From Macrostomum lignano (Eukaryota): a DNA stretch of 63,028 nucleotides. The position numbers and the translations under genes were made by a program. Positions 26,601 through 38,919 of the stretch are shown in pieces. The stretch spans positions 1 to 63,028 of the forward strand of contig NIVC01003483.1 of NCBI GenBank assembly GCA_002269645.1, read 5' to 3'. The notes beneath the pieces were generated by a model that was given only the letters and a program-made list of their open reading frames with translations, was not told the DNA's origin and did no database searches. The first letter of the stretch is position 1. The number at the start of each line of letters is the position of its first letter.

Positions 26601-26789
26601 CTGATCGGCCTGAACTAGCTCAACCTGCTGCACAAGCCACTGCTCCCTACTGCGCATGGCAGCAATCTGCTTAGCAACACTGTCCCTGATGGAGGCTTTC
26701 ACAGCTTCAGCATTGTCTTCAAGAGATTTCCGACAGCTAGTGAGGTGAGACATGGCCTGGTATAGGCGGGTTCGCTCAGAGTCAACCAT
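26601..26789 (-). CDS. NCOA4: NCOA4-like exon 1 (ARA70 coiled-coil)
   Basis: LEDNAEAVKASIRDSVAKQIAAMRSREQWLVQQVELV resembles NCOA4 IKDNLREVKAQIHSCISRHLECLRSREVWLYEQVDLI. Donor CAG|gtgagt. Confidence 0.78.
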
Positions 26790-29300
26790 TATGAATTCTT
26801 GATTGGTTATTTAGTTAAAATTAGATTGAACAGCTGCAAAAAAATATTAAACTATTAAAACATATAATATACATTAAGCTAGTTATTCTACGAGTGTGAT
26901 ATATTTTTCTTCCATTTTATATTTTCCTTTCTAGTCCTTTTTTATTCTTGGTCACCAATTTTGCAACTTAAATATAGACTCTTAGTCAGCTACAATTTAT
27001 GTTAGTTAGAATTAGATTACTTTGGTTAGCCAATAACTTGACTATATGATGTACTTTTATATGCCATTTATCTTTGATTAATATAACTTATATTGCATTT
27101 TGAAGTCAACTTTATTTATTTATATTACTCAACTAGCAATCTAATGCTAGAAAATACTAATAAATAGATATAATAATAGCATAGTACAATAGTGCTATAG
27201 CTAAAATCTGCTAACAATACATCATAATAGACCTAAAAATTATAATATGAATATAGCATCTACTATATAGAATATAGTGAGTTATATAGAAAATGTGACC
27301 AAAATGAAAAACAAAAATAAATTTTCCTAGTTAAAAAAACATAGGTAGATAACTAAGAAATATTAGAAAATGGTATAGGAAATATTCAATAGAAAAAATA
27401 ATAATACAATAGTAAAAATACAAACAAAATACAAACAAACAAAATAAAGCCCATTTGCAAGGCCAAGTCTTGAGCTATGCATAGAACTTTAGATGCTCCA
27501 TTTGGCATCTAACTGTGGGAATTCATGTGGCATTAGGACTTTTTGAAACTACCAATTTGGCAATATCCTATACTAGTATAATAACTCAAGTCAGTAAGTT
27601 TGGATGCCTAGCCTAATGTTATATTATGCTATGTCATGAAAACGTGTAGAACTTGAATTGTTACAGAGGTGTTGCAACACTTTCCAAAGCTTATACAGTG
27701 ACTATGATATAAATAATAATAAAAGTAACAAATGTTATCTGCTCTCTTTGCATTATGATAAATTGGCAAGAAGTTACTATAGCCCTGCCTAACAAGCTTC
27801 TTAGAAAAGGATACACAAAGAAAGCAGCTTATAAGTTGCCGAGTTATTAAATGCACTTATATTTGAGTTTTTGATTTACTATTTTACTAAGACAAGGGGT
27901 AGGCTTGCTAGTAGGTCTCAGAATGATAGATATAAGTGGTTGATTTTTTTTGCTTTAAGTTAATGTCTATTATTTACTTTTCTAGCCCATTCTCTAAGTT
28001 AATTGCACTACACTAGATTAAGGCATTATTACCCTATTTGAACTTTATTGTTTTATTCATATATTTTATAGTCCCAACTACTTAAACTCATGGCTATGCC
28101 CTGTCTATTTCTAAGCACAGGTTAGGTATAGCTTTGTATAAAATAGTGACAAAATTAAATATTGGAATCTTCCAGATCAACAACTTATTAATAGTAGTGT
28201 AGAACCACTACACTAGCCCTGAGAGAAAAAGTGGCATTTTCCAGGACATGCAACTTGCGTGTTTTTTTTTATTTCAGGTTGGTGTGATGTGGCTATAGCC
28301 AGGTCGTGGCATGGCGCGCAAGGTGGCTAAGCATAGTATGGGTATAGCATAGCATGGCGCGGAGCAACATGGCAAGAAAGGCAGAATCATTACATGTATA
28401 CAACAACTTCTAGTGGTCCTTGGTCAGAATATTTATAGATAATAGTTGAAGATTCCAGAATCTCCCTGAATATTTTATACATTAATTTAAAACAAAAAAT
28501 GCAATTTTTAGCTCAGTACACTTTTAGGGCTCATTTTTTTGCCTCAGTGCACTTTTCAGCTAAAAGCTATTGTTTCTTAGTGCATGTCCAAGCAGTTTGT
28601 GCAGATATTCCAATAGGGATATTTAAACTTTTTACTAAACTTAACATGGTCATAAAAACTCTAATAAAAGGAATAACTTTGGTATAAATTGTTTCTAGAT
28701 GTATATCTTTTTTATCAGAAGCTATTTTGAAGTCTAGTTTAATAGATTATAATATATAATTCATGAGGCATTCTTGAATAAGTTAAAACAAGCATGAATT
28801 ATTTAAAAGGCAAGCAACCTTATGTTAGTCTTATTTTTTTAAAATCTAATAAACAAGATAACTTCATTCATTAGAAAGTTATTTCATTTGGTTTTTTATT
28901 TTTCTAAAAATAAATTTTTTTTAAATTTTTAAAATTTTAAATTAAAAAAAATTTTCTTTAGGCAGGATTGGTATCAAGAATAAATTTTTTCTTAGGGTTG
29001 GGATCAGGATCAGGATTTGGGAATTGGGATTAGGTCTTTTAGTGTATTACCCATATAAAGTTAAACAAAATTAAGCAAAAATGCCGAGATCAAAAAGTAA
29101 AACACAACATACTTGATACAAAGTGTAGAAGGGCCTATGTTTATTCTAAGAAATTTAGTATCTTTCTTCGCAAAATTAAATTCCTGCCAAAATAACAGCT
29201 ATCATATAATTTGTTTTAATGTACCATTTTGTTTTAATGTAGAAATTTTGTTTTAGTAAGGCAAAATAATTTTGTTTTAGTTTGATGTTGTTTTCATGCA

Positions 29301-29962
29301 TGTTACACGAGCCAATTAGACGAGACATTAACCACTATAAATACAAGGCAAAAATTACATTCTTTCTTTAACCCCGACCTTTCGGGTTCTTAACTCAGTT
29401 AACAGGAAATTAAGATTTCTTGGTTCTTCTGAATTAGTTATTTGAAGCAGTATTGCAAGCTAAATTATTGTGCTGGATAGAATTAAGAGTGTTTTATCAA
29501 AGCACAGATTGCCAGTCAAGCATTGTGCGCAGTAAGAGGGTGGAATACCCAGTAAAAGGGTGGAATACCCAGTATAGAGGGTGAAATACCCAGTGTAAAG
29601 GTTGGATTACCCAGGAAGGGAAAATATTTAGGCTGCTCCAGATTAGCGTGATACAGTTCTAAATTGTAAGTGACAGTACTTAAAGAAGCCAAAAACCCCT
29701 TGGTCTGTGGTAAACGCCGTGTTTGGACTGGATAATTTTAGGAATTTAGTAGTAGTCAGCAGTGTCTTGCCACTCGGGCATTGAAGCTACCAAGGGTAAC
29801 TTGTAGCGACGATAGCCCATAACGTAAAAGTACATGTAAGTATAGAAATAGGGTTCTTAGAAATAGCAAACTTAGCAGATTTAGTATAGTTCAGTGATTA
29901 AACTTTAGAATTAAATAGAGAGAGCCAGAAGGCCTGCGACAACTTGGTATCAGTAGTGGGAT
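29301..29962 (+). mobile_element. Possible orphan 5' LTR followed by a gypsy-type primer-binding site
   Basis: Candidate TGT..ACA ends (TGTTACACG at 29301, GCGACA at 29941), then TGGTATCAGTAGTGGGAT, which resembles the TGGTGTCAGAAGTGGGAT PBS. No internal ORF follows and the left end is uncertain. Confidence 0.4.
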
Positions 29963-31675
29963 AGGCCCTAATTAAAATTAGGGAATCCCATCCCTAGTAC
30001 AAAAGTTTTGTAACCAACAAAGTAAAAGTGTGATAAGTACAAGTTAAAACAAAATATATTTAAGTAATGACCTGAAGTAATCACTAATTCTATAAATTTT
30101 TAATCAAAAGACCTGTTCCTAATTCTCATGTTTTTTGGGGTTGGGATTCTGGTCCTGTGGGAATCTAATTTTCCAAGTAATCCCAAGATTTGGGATTTGG
30201 ATCCTATTATCTAACCTCTACTAGAAATCCCAGGACTAAACATAGCATGCCAATTCCATAGGACATACATAGGCATCGCTAGGCTATGTTAGGCCTAGGC
30301 AATATGCCTACTAAGTCAAGTCAGAATCATATTCATAAGACATAATGATTAATGAAATGAATGACACATATGACTAACCTGGGTTTATTTTTTGGGCCAT
30401 ATAGGGTTTTTTGGCCCCTTGAAAATCTCATTAGCAACTGGATTTTTAGCATCAGAGGCCAATCTGGTGGCGACTTCATTTCCCCCATGCCAGTTGACAT
30501 ATTCAAAAAAATGATTTTGTAAATGTAATATTAATAAAAGTTCTATAGGCCTATGAATAAAAGTTATGGCAAATACTAAGTTACAAAAATTAACAATGTC
30601 AATAGGCCTAACAAGTCCCTGATAGTCTCATTCCCATAGTCATATAGTATAGTGCTTAGGCCTACTGTTTAATATGTTTAATAACTTAGCCTTGGAAATA
30701 TAATATACATCCTTGAGAATGTGGCTAGGCCTAGTTGCCAATGCCATGGGCAACCAAAAATAGCCATTGCAACTAGAGTTTGAGCCCCAAGGGCCAGCTG
30801 GCAACTATATTTCCAACCTTATAAAAAAACCCAGCATGACGGCCACTATTCTATTGTCTATTGACTATTGGCACAAATTTATTAACAAAATTCATAAACT
30901 TGAAGAAGTCCGACACCCAAAGTACGCCTTGAAAATTTCAATCGATGTTTTGTTTTTCATTCCAGTTATTTTGCGGACATTTAAGCTCATAAATGAAAGA
31001 TTTATGCAGTGCCTGGGTACCGCCCTTATCCTAGATGCGAGCGAGCGTACAATATTCCGGTTTCTATTTCTGATTTCTAATCTTTAAGTTCATCCCTAAC
31101 CCGGAAAAGAACAAATAGAATAAACAAATTTTTCTAGTTTCATGCGTTTTAACAGCAAGTTTAGTTAAAGCTAGAGAACTTTAGCTACAAAAATACAAAA
31201 ATTTTCCTATCTATGAGCTTTAAACATAAAAAAGTAGTATCGGATTTTTTAGCTGTATAACAACGCTTGTGTAAACCATAAGCAAAAGCATTTCTAAAAA
31301 AAATACTTCCACTTATTCAAGCTGATGCATGTAAAAATAAAATCGGAAATTATAAGAAATGCTTTTTTGCTTTTTTGCAAGTTCGTGCTCGAGAGCATAA
31401 AATCTATCTATGATCAAGAGGAGAGAGAATTAAGAGGAGGGAAGTTTTGTGAGAGGGGAGAGTGAGGACGAGGAGTGAGAAAGAAGAGAAGAGGGGGGAG
31501 AGGAGAGAGTAGAGAGCGGAGAGAAATGAGAAGAGATAAGAGAGTAGGGTCGGCAGAGACAAAATTAGAAGAAAAAAAAGAGATGAGAAAGCAAAGACGA
31601 GAGAGATGAGAGGTGATCGGGAATATCGACGATGAGAGAAGAGGAAAGAGAGGAGATAGGAATTAAGAAGAGAAT

Positions 31676-31880
<205 letters not shown>

Positions 31881-32453
31881 AGGGATAGAGAGAAGAGACT
31901 GAAGAGGAAATAAGTTTCAAAGCTGATCCGATGGACGTACGTACATGTAGAGAGAGGCAGAGACAGAGGCCCAAAGTTTGCCAATACATGCAGTACATAT
32001 TTTCGAAAGACATTCCTGACATGTGCACAGCAACCCAGCCAACGAGATCATGCTTTCCTCAAATCTTAATTTTACACGAGTTTACTCCATTTTATATGCT
32101 CACCTCCATCCTAACATCCCATAACTATTGATACTTCATAATCCTGATTGACACCGCTGCACAACATAATCAATAAAAAGTACATGTAGTCATACAAAAC
32201 TATCACAAGATTATACTGTACATTAATTCAATTTGAATGAAACCACACTTAAAGTATAAATTAGGTTAAAATGCTATAGCATTGGAATCATGTATACGGA
32301 CACGAAAAAGCAAAATGAAGGTTTCATTAGTTTCACCAGCTTCGAAAGATTCACTAACACTATTTATTATTGTCAGGAAGCAATCAGGGTAACCTTGAGC
32401 GTGCTAAAACGGCTGAAAATATAATTATGAAACATTAACGCAAAAAAGACACA

Positions 32454-32875
32454 GGCTTCAGTCGAGCTGCTCTCTCCCTTGCCTGTCTTCTTGGCTTCAG
32501 TCGAGCTGCTCTCTCCCTTGCCTGTCTTCTTGGCTTCAGTCGAGCTGCTCTCTCCCTTGCCTGTCTTCTTGGCTTCAGCCGAGCTGCTCTCTCCCTTGCC
32601 TGTCTTCTTGGCTTCAGTCGAGCTGCTCTCTCCCTTGCCTGTCTTCTTGGCTTCAGTCGAGCTGCTCTCTCCCTTGCCTGTCTTCAATTGGCTTCAGCCG
32701 AGCTGCTCTCTCCCTTGCCTGTCTTCAATTGGCTTCAGCCGAGCTGCTCTCTCCCTTGCCTGTCTTCAATTGGCTTCAGCCGAGCTGCTCTCTCCCTTGC
32801 CTGTCTTCAATTGGCTTCAGCCGAGCTGCTCTCTCCCTTGCCTGTCTTCAATTGGCTTCAGCTGAGCTGCTCTCT
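32454..32875. repeat. 39/41-bp tandem array immediately 5' of a LINE fragment
   Basis: GGCTTCAGTCGAGCTGCTCTCTCCCTTGCCTGTCTTC(TT/AATT). Five 39-bp units, then five 41-bp units and a partial unit. Confidence 0.93.
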
Positions 32876-32879
32876 TGGA

Positions 32880-34330
32880 GAGCAACGGCCTGCGCCCCCC
32901 CCCCCCGAGGTGCCCTCCGGAGGACCACCAATTAAAGTCCACGAAATGCAGGTCAGCAACGGCCCAGCACCGCAACGCAGTCTCTTCGCCGCCCAATTGG
33001 CATCTGGCGGCCACCAGCCGATCAAATGCCTAGCCGACGCCTGAACCAGCTTGCCGAGCCTCAACGGCTCCCCCGGCGGCGCAAGGCGCCCCCCAACCCG
33101 GCGCGCGCGGCACCCCAGTAGCCTGCACCTTCTGCAACTCAACGGAAAGGGCGTCGCCGCTAAGATGCCCGAAATGTTGCAAGCGGCTGCTGGACCTGCG
33201 CGTCAACGTGGCATGTCTGCAAGAGACCCAAACCACCGAGGGACGGGATCCGCGCCTGCCGGGGTTCAACGCAATCTGGCGCCACCGACAGAGCGGCCGG
33301 CGCTCCGGCGGCCCCGCGCGCGGAGGAGCGTTACAATCCTCATCCGCGAGGGGCTGCGCTTCGAGGTGCTGCAGGAGCGCCCCTGCGCCCCCGGTGATGT
33401 CACCACGAAGTGGGCCGGTGTTCGGGTTCTCCCCTCTGAAAAGAGCGTCGAGAGCCTGGACATCCACTGCTTCTACGAGTACATCCCACCGATCAGAACG
33501 GCCGAAGGCGACGACCACGTGCAGCGTTTCAGCCCCCATCACCTGTCGGGCGTCAACACGTGATCCTGGGCGACCTGAACGAGCACCATCCGGCCTGGCA
33601 TCTGGTACCTGGACCCCGAATCAGAAGAGTCGGACCTGAGCACGGTGGTCTTCGAGTGGTCCGTGGTGTCCGGCATGCGCGTCCTGAACGACGGCAGCAC
33701 CATCCACATGCCGCGCCGCGCTGCGCAGACAGTACCTGACGTCAGCCTGTGCCACAAGTCGCTCGCCAAACGGGCTGAGTGACAGGTTTGGGAAGACGTC
33801 GGCTTCGGAACCACCTGCCGATCGATTTGCATCACCATTCATCACAGCTAAGGTGCGGCCAAGCGCGCGGGCGCCACCCGGCGGGCCTGGGCGAAGGCGG
33901 ACTGTGCCAGTTTCCGCGCCCGGACCGAGGAAGCCCTGGCTTTCTGGGAGGCCTGCCCGCCCGAGTCGGTCAGCGAGGCCAACCGGCAGCTGACCGCGGT
34001 TCCTCCGCGAAGGCCTGGTGGACGCCAGAGGTCGACGACGCCAAGAAGATGATCGCCGACGCCAAACGCGAGAGCTGGCTGGGAAGGACCGGCGAGCTGG
34101 CAGCCGACAGCGACCACTACAAGATCTGGAGAGTTGTTCGCTACCTCGACGGCAGAAATAGCATCGCTCCGGTTGGGTCAGAAGACGCTCGTCCAGTCGA
34201 AGGACATCGCCGAGGCCTACGCCCGTGAGTATGCCGGCATCAGCCGCCTCACGCAAGATCGCAGGACGCGAGACCTCCGTCGCGAGAACTTTCGCAGCAG
34301 CGCTTCGCGGGCCGGCGCCGACAGCCATGG
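32880..34330 (+). mobile_element. Non-LTR retrotransposon fragment: APE endonuclease and linker (I-group, Ingi/Nimb-like), frameshifted and truncated before RT
   Basis: Across frames: LLQLNGKG, ACLQET, GG.VTILIREG, YIPP, VILGDLNEHHPAW, LNDGS, PDVSL, WWTPE, W...L..SDHYKIWRVVR. Confidence 0.8.
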
Positions 34331-34906
34331 AGCAAAGACTTTGAAAAGCCATTCTATGGCCCGAATAAACTCGATTTCTTACAAATCTCGTGGTAGTTGA
34401 GAGTGCCCGAGCGGTAAGACACTGTACTACTGTAAATTTCTAAGTCCGAAAGTATTGCATTTTTCGGGGATCAAGGGTGTCCAGCGATGACTACTAATCT
34501 AATACTTTTTTATAAATCGTTAGTTTAACATCTAACGTCTACTGCTTAACTACCTAGTCTTTAGCGTCTAATACCTTATCGCTATTAGCCTGCACGGCTT
34601 CCTTAGTACTCTGGGTCTCCACGACCTCAGTTTTTCCTGTTCCAGAAAGGACAAACGATGTAAGTCTTTCAGCAAAGACTTTCCTTTTGGGCCAAAAGCA
34701 GGGCATGCAAATAATGTCTTCGAAAAGACTATAGCAAAAGCCGAAGCAAAGGATGGGTTGATTTTATTTTGACTTAATTCGGCCGTATATATACGAGTAG
34801 CAAGTTGAAAGGGGGGTAGGTGCGCTATTATTGGTTAGTGCTCATTAAAGCAATTCGTTGGGAAGATTTTAAACAAATGAGAATTAAAACAAAATGATAG
34901 CACTTA

Positions 34907-36898
34907 TGATGGGTTTCGACCTTTCGGCCCCCTTGTGGGGAAGCCTTCGGGCCTCAGGTCTCAGAAATAAATCAATTAGAGTCCTGTCCCCCCACTCCTG
35001 TCAGATGGTCAGCCCCATGGTAGCTTGATCGTGTGGCGAGCAGTCTAGGTCCTATAGCTAAGAGAGGGACGGCGAGAGACAAGCAGGGAGAATTTTGAAG
35101 GTAGAAATTAGCTAATCCGCAGATCAACTAACTCGCTGCCACCAGCCCGTGGGCCCTGGCTCACCACACCGGAGCTCTCGAAATCGGGCTTCCGACTAGA
35201 AGGGGCTTTGCACTTACCTGCCAACTAGTGTCTTTTTGCTGTCTATTTCGAAGTCATAGCCGATGGTAAGGGACACTGCTGGGACTTGATCGCATTGGTC
35301 ATGCAGGTACAGAGGGGACTTGTGCAGGGGATTCTTGCAGTGGCGAGTCTATGGGGTAGCTACATGTACTATTACATTGCTAAATACGAAGATATGTACT
35401 TTTGGCCTTCAACGCGCCAACCAGCCTCTCCTAGCGCTGATGATAGGCTAACTCGATCATCAGAGACCGCATGATTCATTAACCGAGCCGCTTGGCTAAC
35501 CTAGAGTGCACAAAGTACATCTCTGGCGCCGATTCTGCACTACTGGCTGTTTTGCTCACTGATTTGAAAGATTGATCGACTGAGAACTGCCTTGTCATTG
35601 GTTCACTGTGACCGGCGCCTACTAGCTTAGCTACTCATCTGAGCCATCGGCGAACAAAGAAATAAAACCGATAAAATAACTGTTAGATTTAACCTTCTCC
35701 TTAGATCACTTCACACTTCAGATTGAATTGGAGTCTTAGACTACTAGCAGTATTATTGAATGACTTCTGCCTCGATAACAGCACTGCTGAACAAAATGAG
35801 CAAAAGTGTGCGCCTAATCCAGCTACTGAAACAGGGGACAGATAAGGAATCACCCAATCAAGCAAGTTTAGGTAGCCTCTCACCCAACCAATCAGAAACT
35901 CAACAGCCGGAGACCAGGTAAACCAGTGACCGAATCGGCTTGATGCTTCGCAGCTGTAGACCCACCGGGATGGTGCTGATGTCACGGTCTTCGCAGATAG
36001 CTAGCAGGTGATGCTCTTAACTTTGATGTTCGCTGCTGATGACCGGGGGGACTCGTCCTTGATGATAATGCGGGAGGTCGCAATCCGGGGATCAAGAAAC
36101 GACGGTCGCGCTCCGGGACGTCTCAATCTAGGCTAAGGTCCCAGGAGGAGTTGGTCCAAGCGGGCAAAAAACACCGGTTTAAAAGCCGCCAGCTGGACCG
36201 CAGTTTGTTATAATGGAACACGTCGATTCTGATTGGCTGATCCGATTTGTTAAAATGAGCGTCGAATTTTCTGATTGGATGAGCTAGTTGCTACCCAGAA
36301 TCACGTGACCGGGAGATCCTATTAGTTCCCACAGGGTCGTAAAAAGATGACAGGTGCGGCCATAAATCTATCAAAATCGCAACAAAATGATTTATGACTT
36401 TTCGCGTAGGATATTGACAGAAGTTAATGAAAAAAATATACATTAGAAAGCTCTTATTAAATAGAAAGTGAAGATAATGAAGAGAAATCACTAATCGCTA
36501 ATCCCAAAGTACTTTTAGGAGTAAAACGCATAGCTGTTAAAGCTGTCACACGCTTGAGTGAACACGAACAATAGGCTCTGACCTCATAAATCTTGATGGC
36601 CTGTCAAAATGATGAGAAAAAAGCTACCGCCCGCATCCTCTCAGACCATCTGGCGCCCGCCTTAACACTGAGTGAGGCACAGGTGTCTGTCAGACCAGCT
36701 TCGAAAGCGATGATTTATGACCCAAAAAGTTGCGCCTATGTTATTATGACTACTAGTATGACCAAACATTATATCTAGTATAGATCCTATAAGAATTCGC
36801 AGAAAATGATAAAAATGCCCTTTGCCCACTGTTAGTAGGCTAGTAAGTTTAGAGTCCATGTGCTAGCGCGGGATTTGGAAAAAATTGCGTCCTTATCA
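34907..36898. mobile_element. Solo-LTR-like element, copy 1 (1992 bp)
   Basis: Termini TGATGGG..CCTTATCA with a 4-bp TSD CTTA (34903-34906 and 36899-36902). Both ends are shared with 41856-44292. Confidence 0.8.
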
Positions 36899-37104
36899 CT
36901 TAAACAAAACTTAGAAATTCGCTTATTGGCATGGGTGAATAAAATACGCATCTGGCTACTAATAGTAATATGATATTAATTGGCCCTGCCTCATAAGCCT
37001 TAACAAAATATTATTATAACAGATAAACAAAAACAATTTGAAATAATTTAGATAAATTTAGAGTTTCTGGACTAAATCAGGAAAAAACGATAATTTAGCT
37101 TAGT

Positions 37105-37443
37105 CTAACAACAACAAAAACAAAAACAATCGTCTAGATAGCGCGCCGCAGAGCCTGGGAGCGAACGAAATCCGCTCCGTTGGCAGTGTCGGGCCCCCGG
37201 CGTCGCAAAGCCAAGGACCACTGACCAAGGACCAAAGCCTGCGCAAAGCAGGCAGTTCACGTATCGACGGGTTCGGGCCTGACTCCGCCTGAACGGGCCC
37301 TGAAGGGTGAGCAGCAGGACGTCCTGAACAGGTTGGGGGCAGTAGCCTTCGGCCCGGATCACGTGGCCCGCCAGTTGAAGTCGCCGTCGGCGCAGAATGG
37401 TGGACGGGCGCTGCAGCTTGGCCCGATTGTACAGGACCTCGGT
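37105..37443 (-). mobile_element. 5'-truncated RTE-type LINE 3' end
   Basis: TEVLYNRAKLQRPSTILRRRRLQLAGHVIR carries the RRRL..AGHV.R motif, followed by a TTG/TTTTG-repeat tail. Confidence 0.72.
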
Positions 37444-38919
37444 CCCGACGGAAGCTTGTTGAAAGCGAACATCCGAAATGGTGTTGACATTACTGTCAGC
37501 TCTTTGAAAGCTTCATCTAGTGGGATCTGGTGATAAGCTTTCTCTAGGTCCAGACGAGTGTATATCCGGCTGCCAGCAGCAGTTGTAATCACTTCGTCAG
37601 GTGCAGGCATCGGATATGAATCGTTGATAAGATGAGAATTGATTGTCACCTTGTAGTCGACGCAAAGTCTGAGCTTTCCAGAAGGTTTCTTGACCACGAC
37701 AATTGGTGAGGCCCATTCACTGAACTTGACGGGCTTGATGGTGTCTTCTTCAAGCAACCGATCAATTTCATCCTTGACTCCCTGTCTGAGTGCGAAGGGT
37801 AGCGGCCTGGGTTTGCAATAAATTGGAGTGGTTCCTTCTTTGATCTTAAGAGTTACTGGTGGAAATTCGCATGACTGGGTTGCCGATGTGCAGCTGTTGT
37901 CTACAGCGTTTAGCGTGAAATTGAGCTTGTCTAGGCAAACCAGAACAAAGTTCCTCTGCGATTCCACAATGAAGAATGTGATTGGAATGAACTCGTCATT
38001 GTACTCCAACTCAGTGTCGTGTGTTCCAAAGACCTTCATCTGCGTATCAGCGTATGTTGTCAGAACAGTGTCTGTAGGTGTCAGCTTTGGACAACCCAAT
38101 CGTTTCCAGATCGTTTCTGACATTACCGAAACTCCTGCCCCAGTATCGATTTGTGCGTTCATGCTAAGCATCGACCCGCTCGTGTGTCTGAGCCTAACAG
38201 GCACGGTGTAGCTATCAATGGGATGTCGAATGTGAAAACAATCCTCCTGTTCGGCTTCGCTTGCATCTACAAAGCTTGTGGTCCTTGGCCACACTGCAGC
38301 TCGCCTAAATTGACCAGATGCTGACGGGCTTTTGAACGATTTTCGGCCTTTGCCAAAACCAGTTGATTTCGTTTTGCAAACTGTTGCGAAGTGGTTTTGC
38401 ATGACACATTTGTTGCACGTTTTTCCTTTTGCAGGACACCCTCCTTTGGAGCCATGCATTGTGCCACATCTGCCACACTTGGGGCTTGTAGAGTGGGAGC
38501 CTCTGGCCACCGATGCTGAAATTTTCATTACTTCAGAAGACTGCGGCTGACTGGTGCAACCCTTTAGTATTTGCGTTTGTGATAGGTTCTGGTGCGCCTC
38601 AGCGATGTTGATAGCTGTCTCAAACGTGAGAGTGCTGAAGTCCTGTTTCAATAACTTGCTGATGGCCACCTTGTCATTCAAACCGAATACGAGCTGATCT
38701 CTCAGTCTCTCATCTCTGGATAGGCCAAACTGACACTTGTCTGCCTGCATGCAGAGTTGCTGTGCATACTCACAAATGCTCATTGATGCCGTGCGAGTGA
38801 TATGCTGGAAATTGAATCTCTCAGCCATGGCGAACCTCTTTGGTTCCAGGATGCTGGCCAGTAGTTTGGTCAGTTCATCGAAGCTCTTTTCTCCCGGCTC
38901 AAAAAGTTCAAAAAGACTG
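37444..38919 (-). mobile_element. Ty3/gypsy (Mag-like) gag-protease-RT fragment, truncated at both ends
   Basis: One open frame: EKSFDELTKLL..AERFNF, RDQLVFGL, two CCHC knuckles, protease IDTGA, and RT WASPIVVVKKPSGKLRLCVDY and LDLEKAYHQIPL. It stops after FNKLPSG, before the YxDD motif. Confidence 0.92.
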
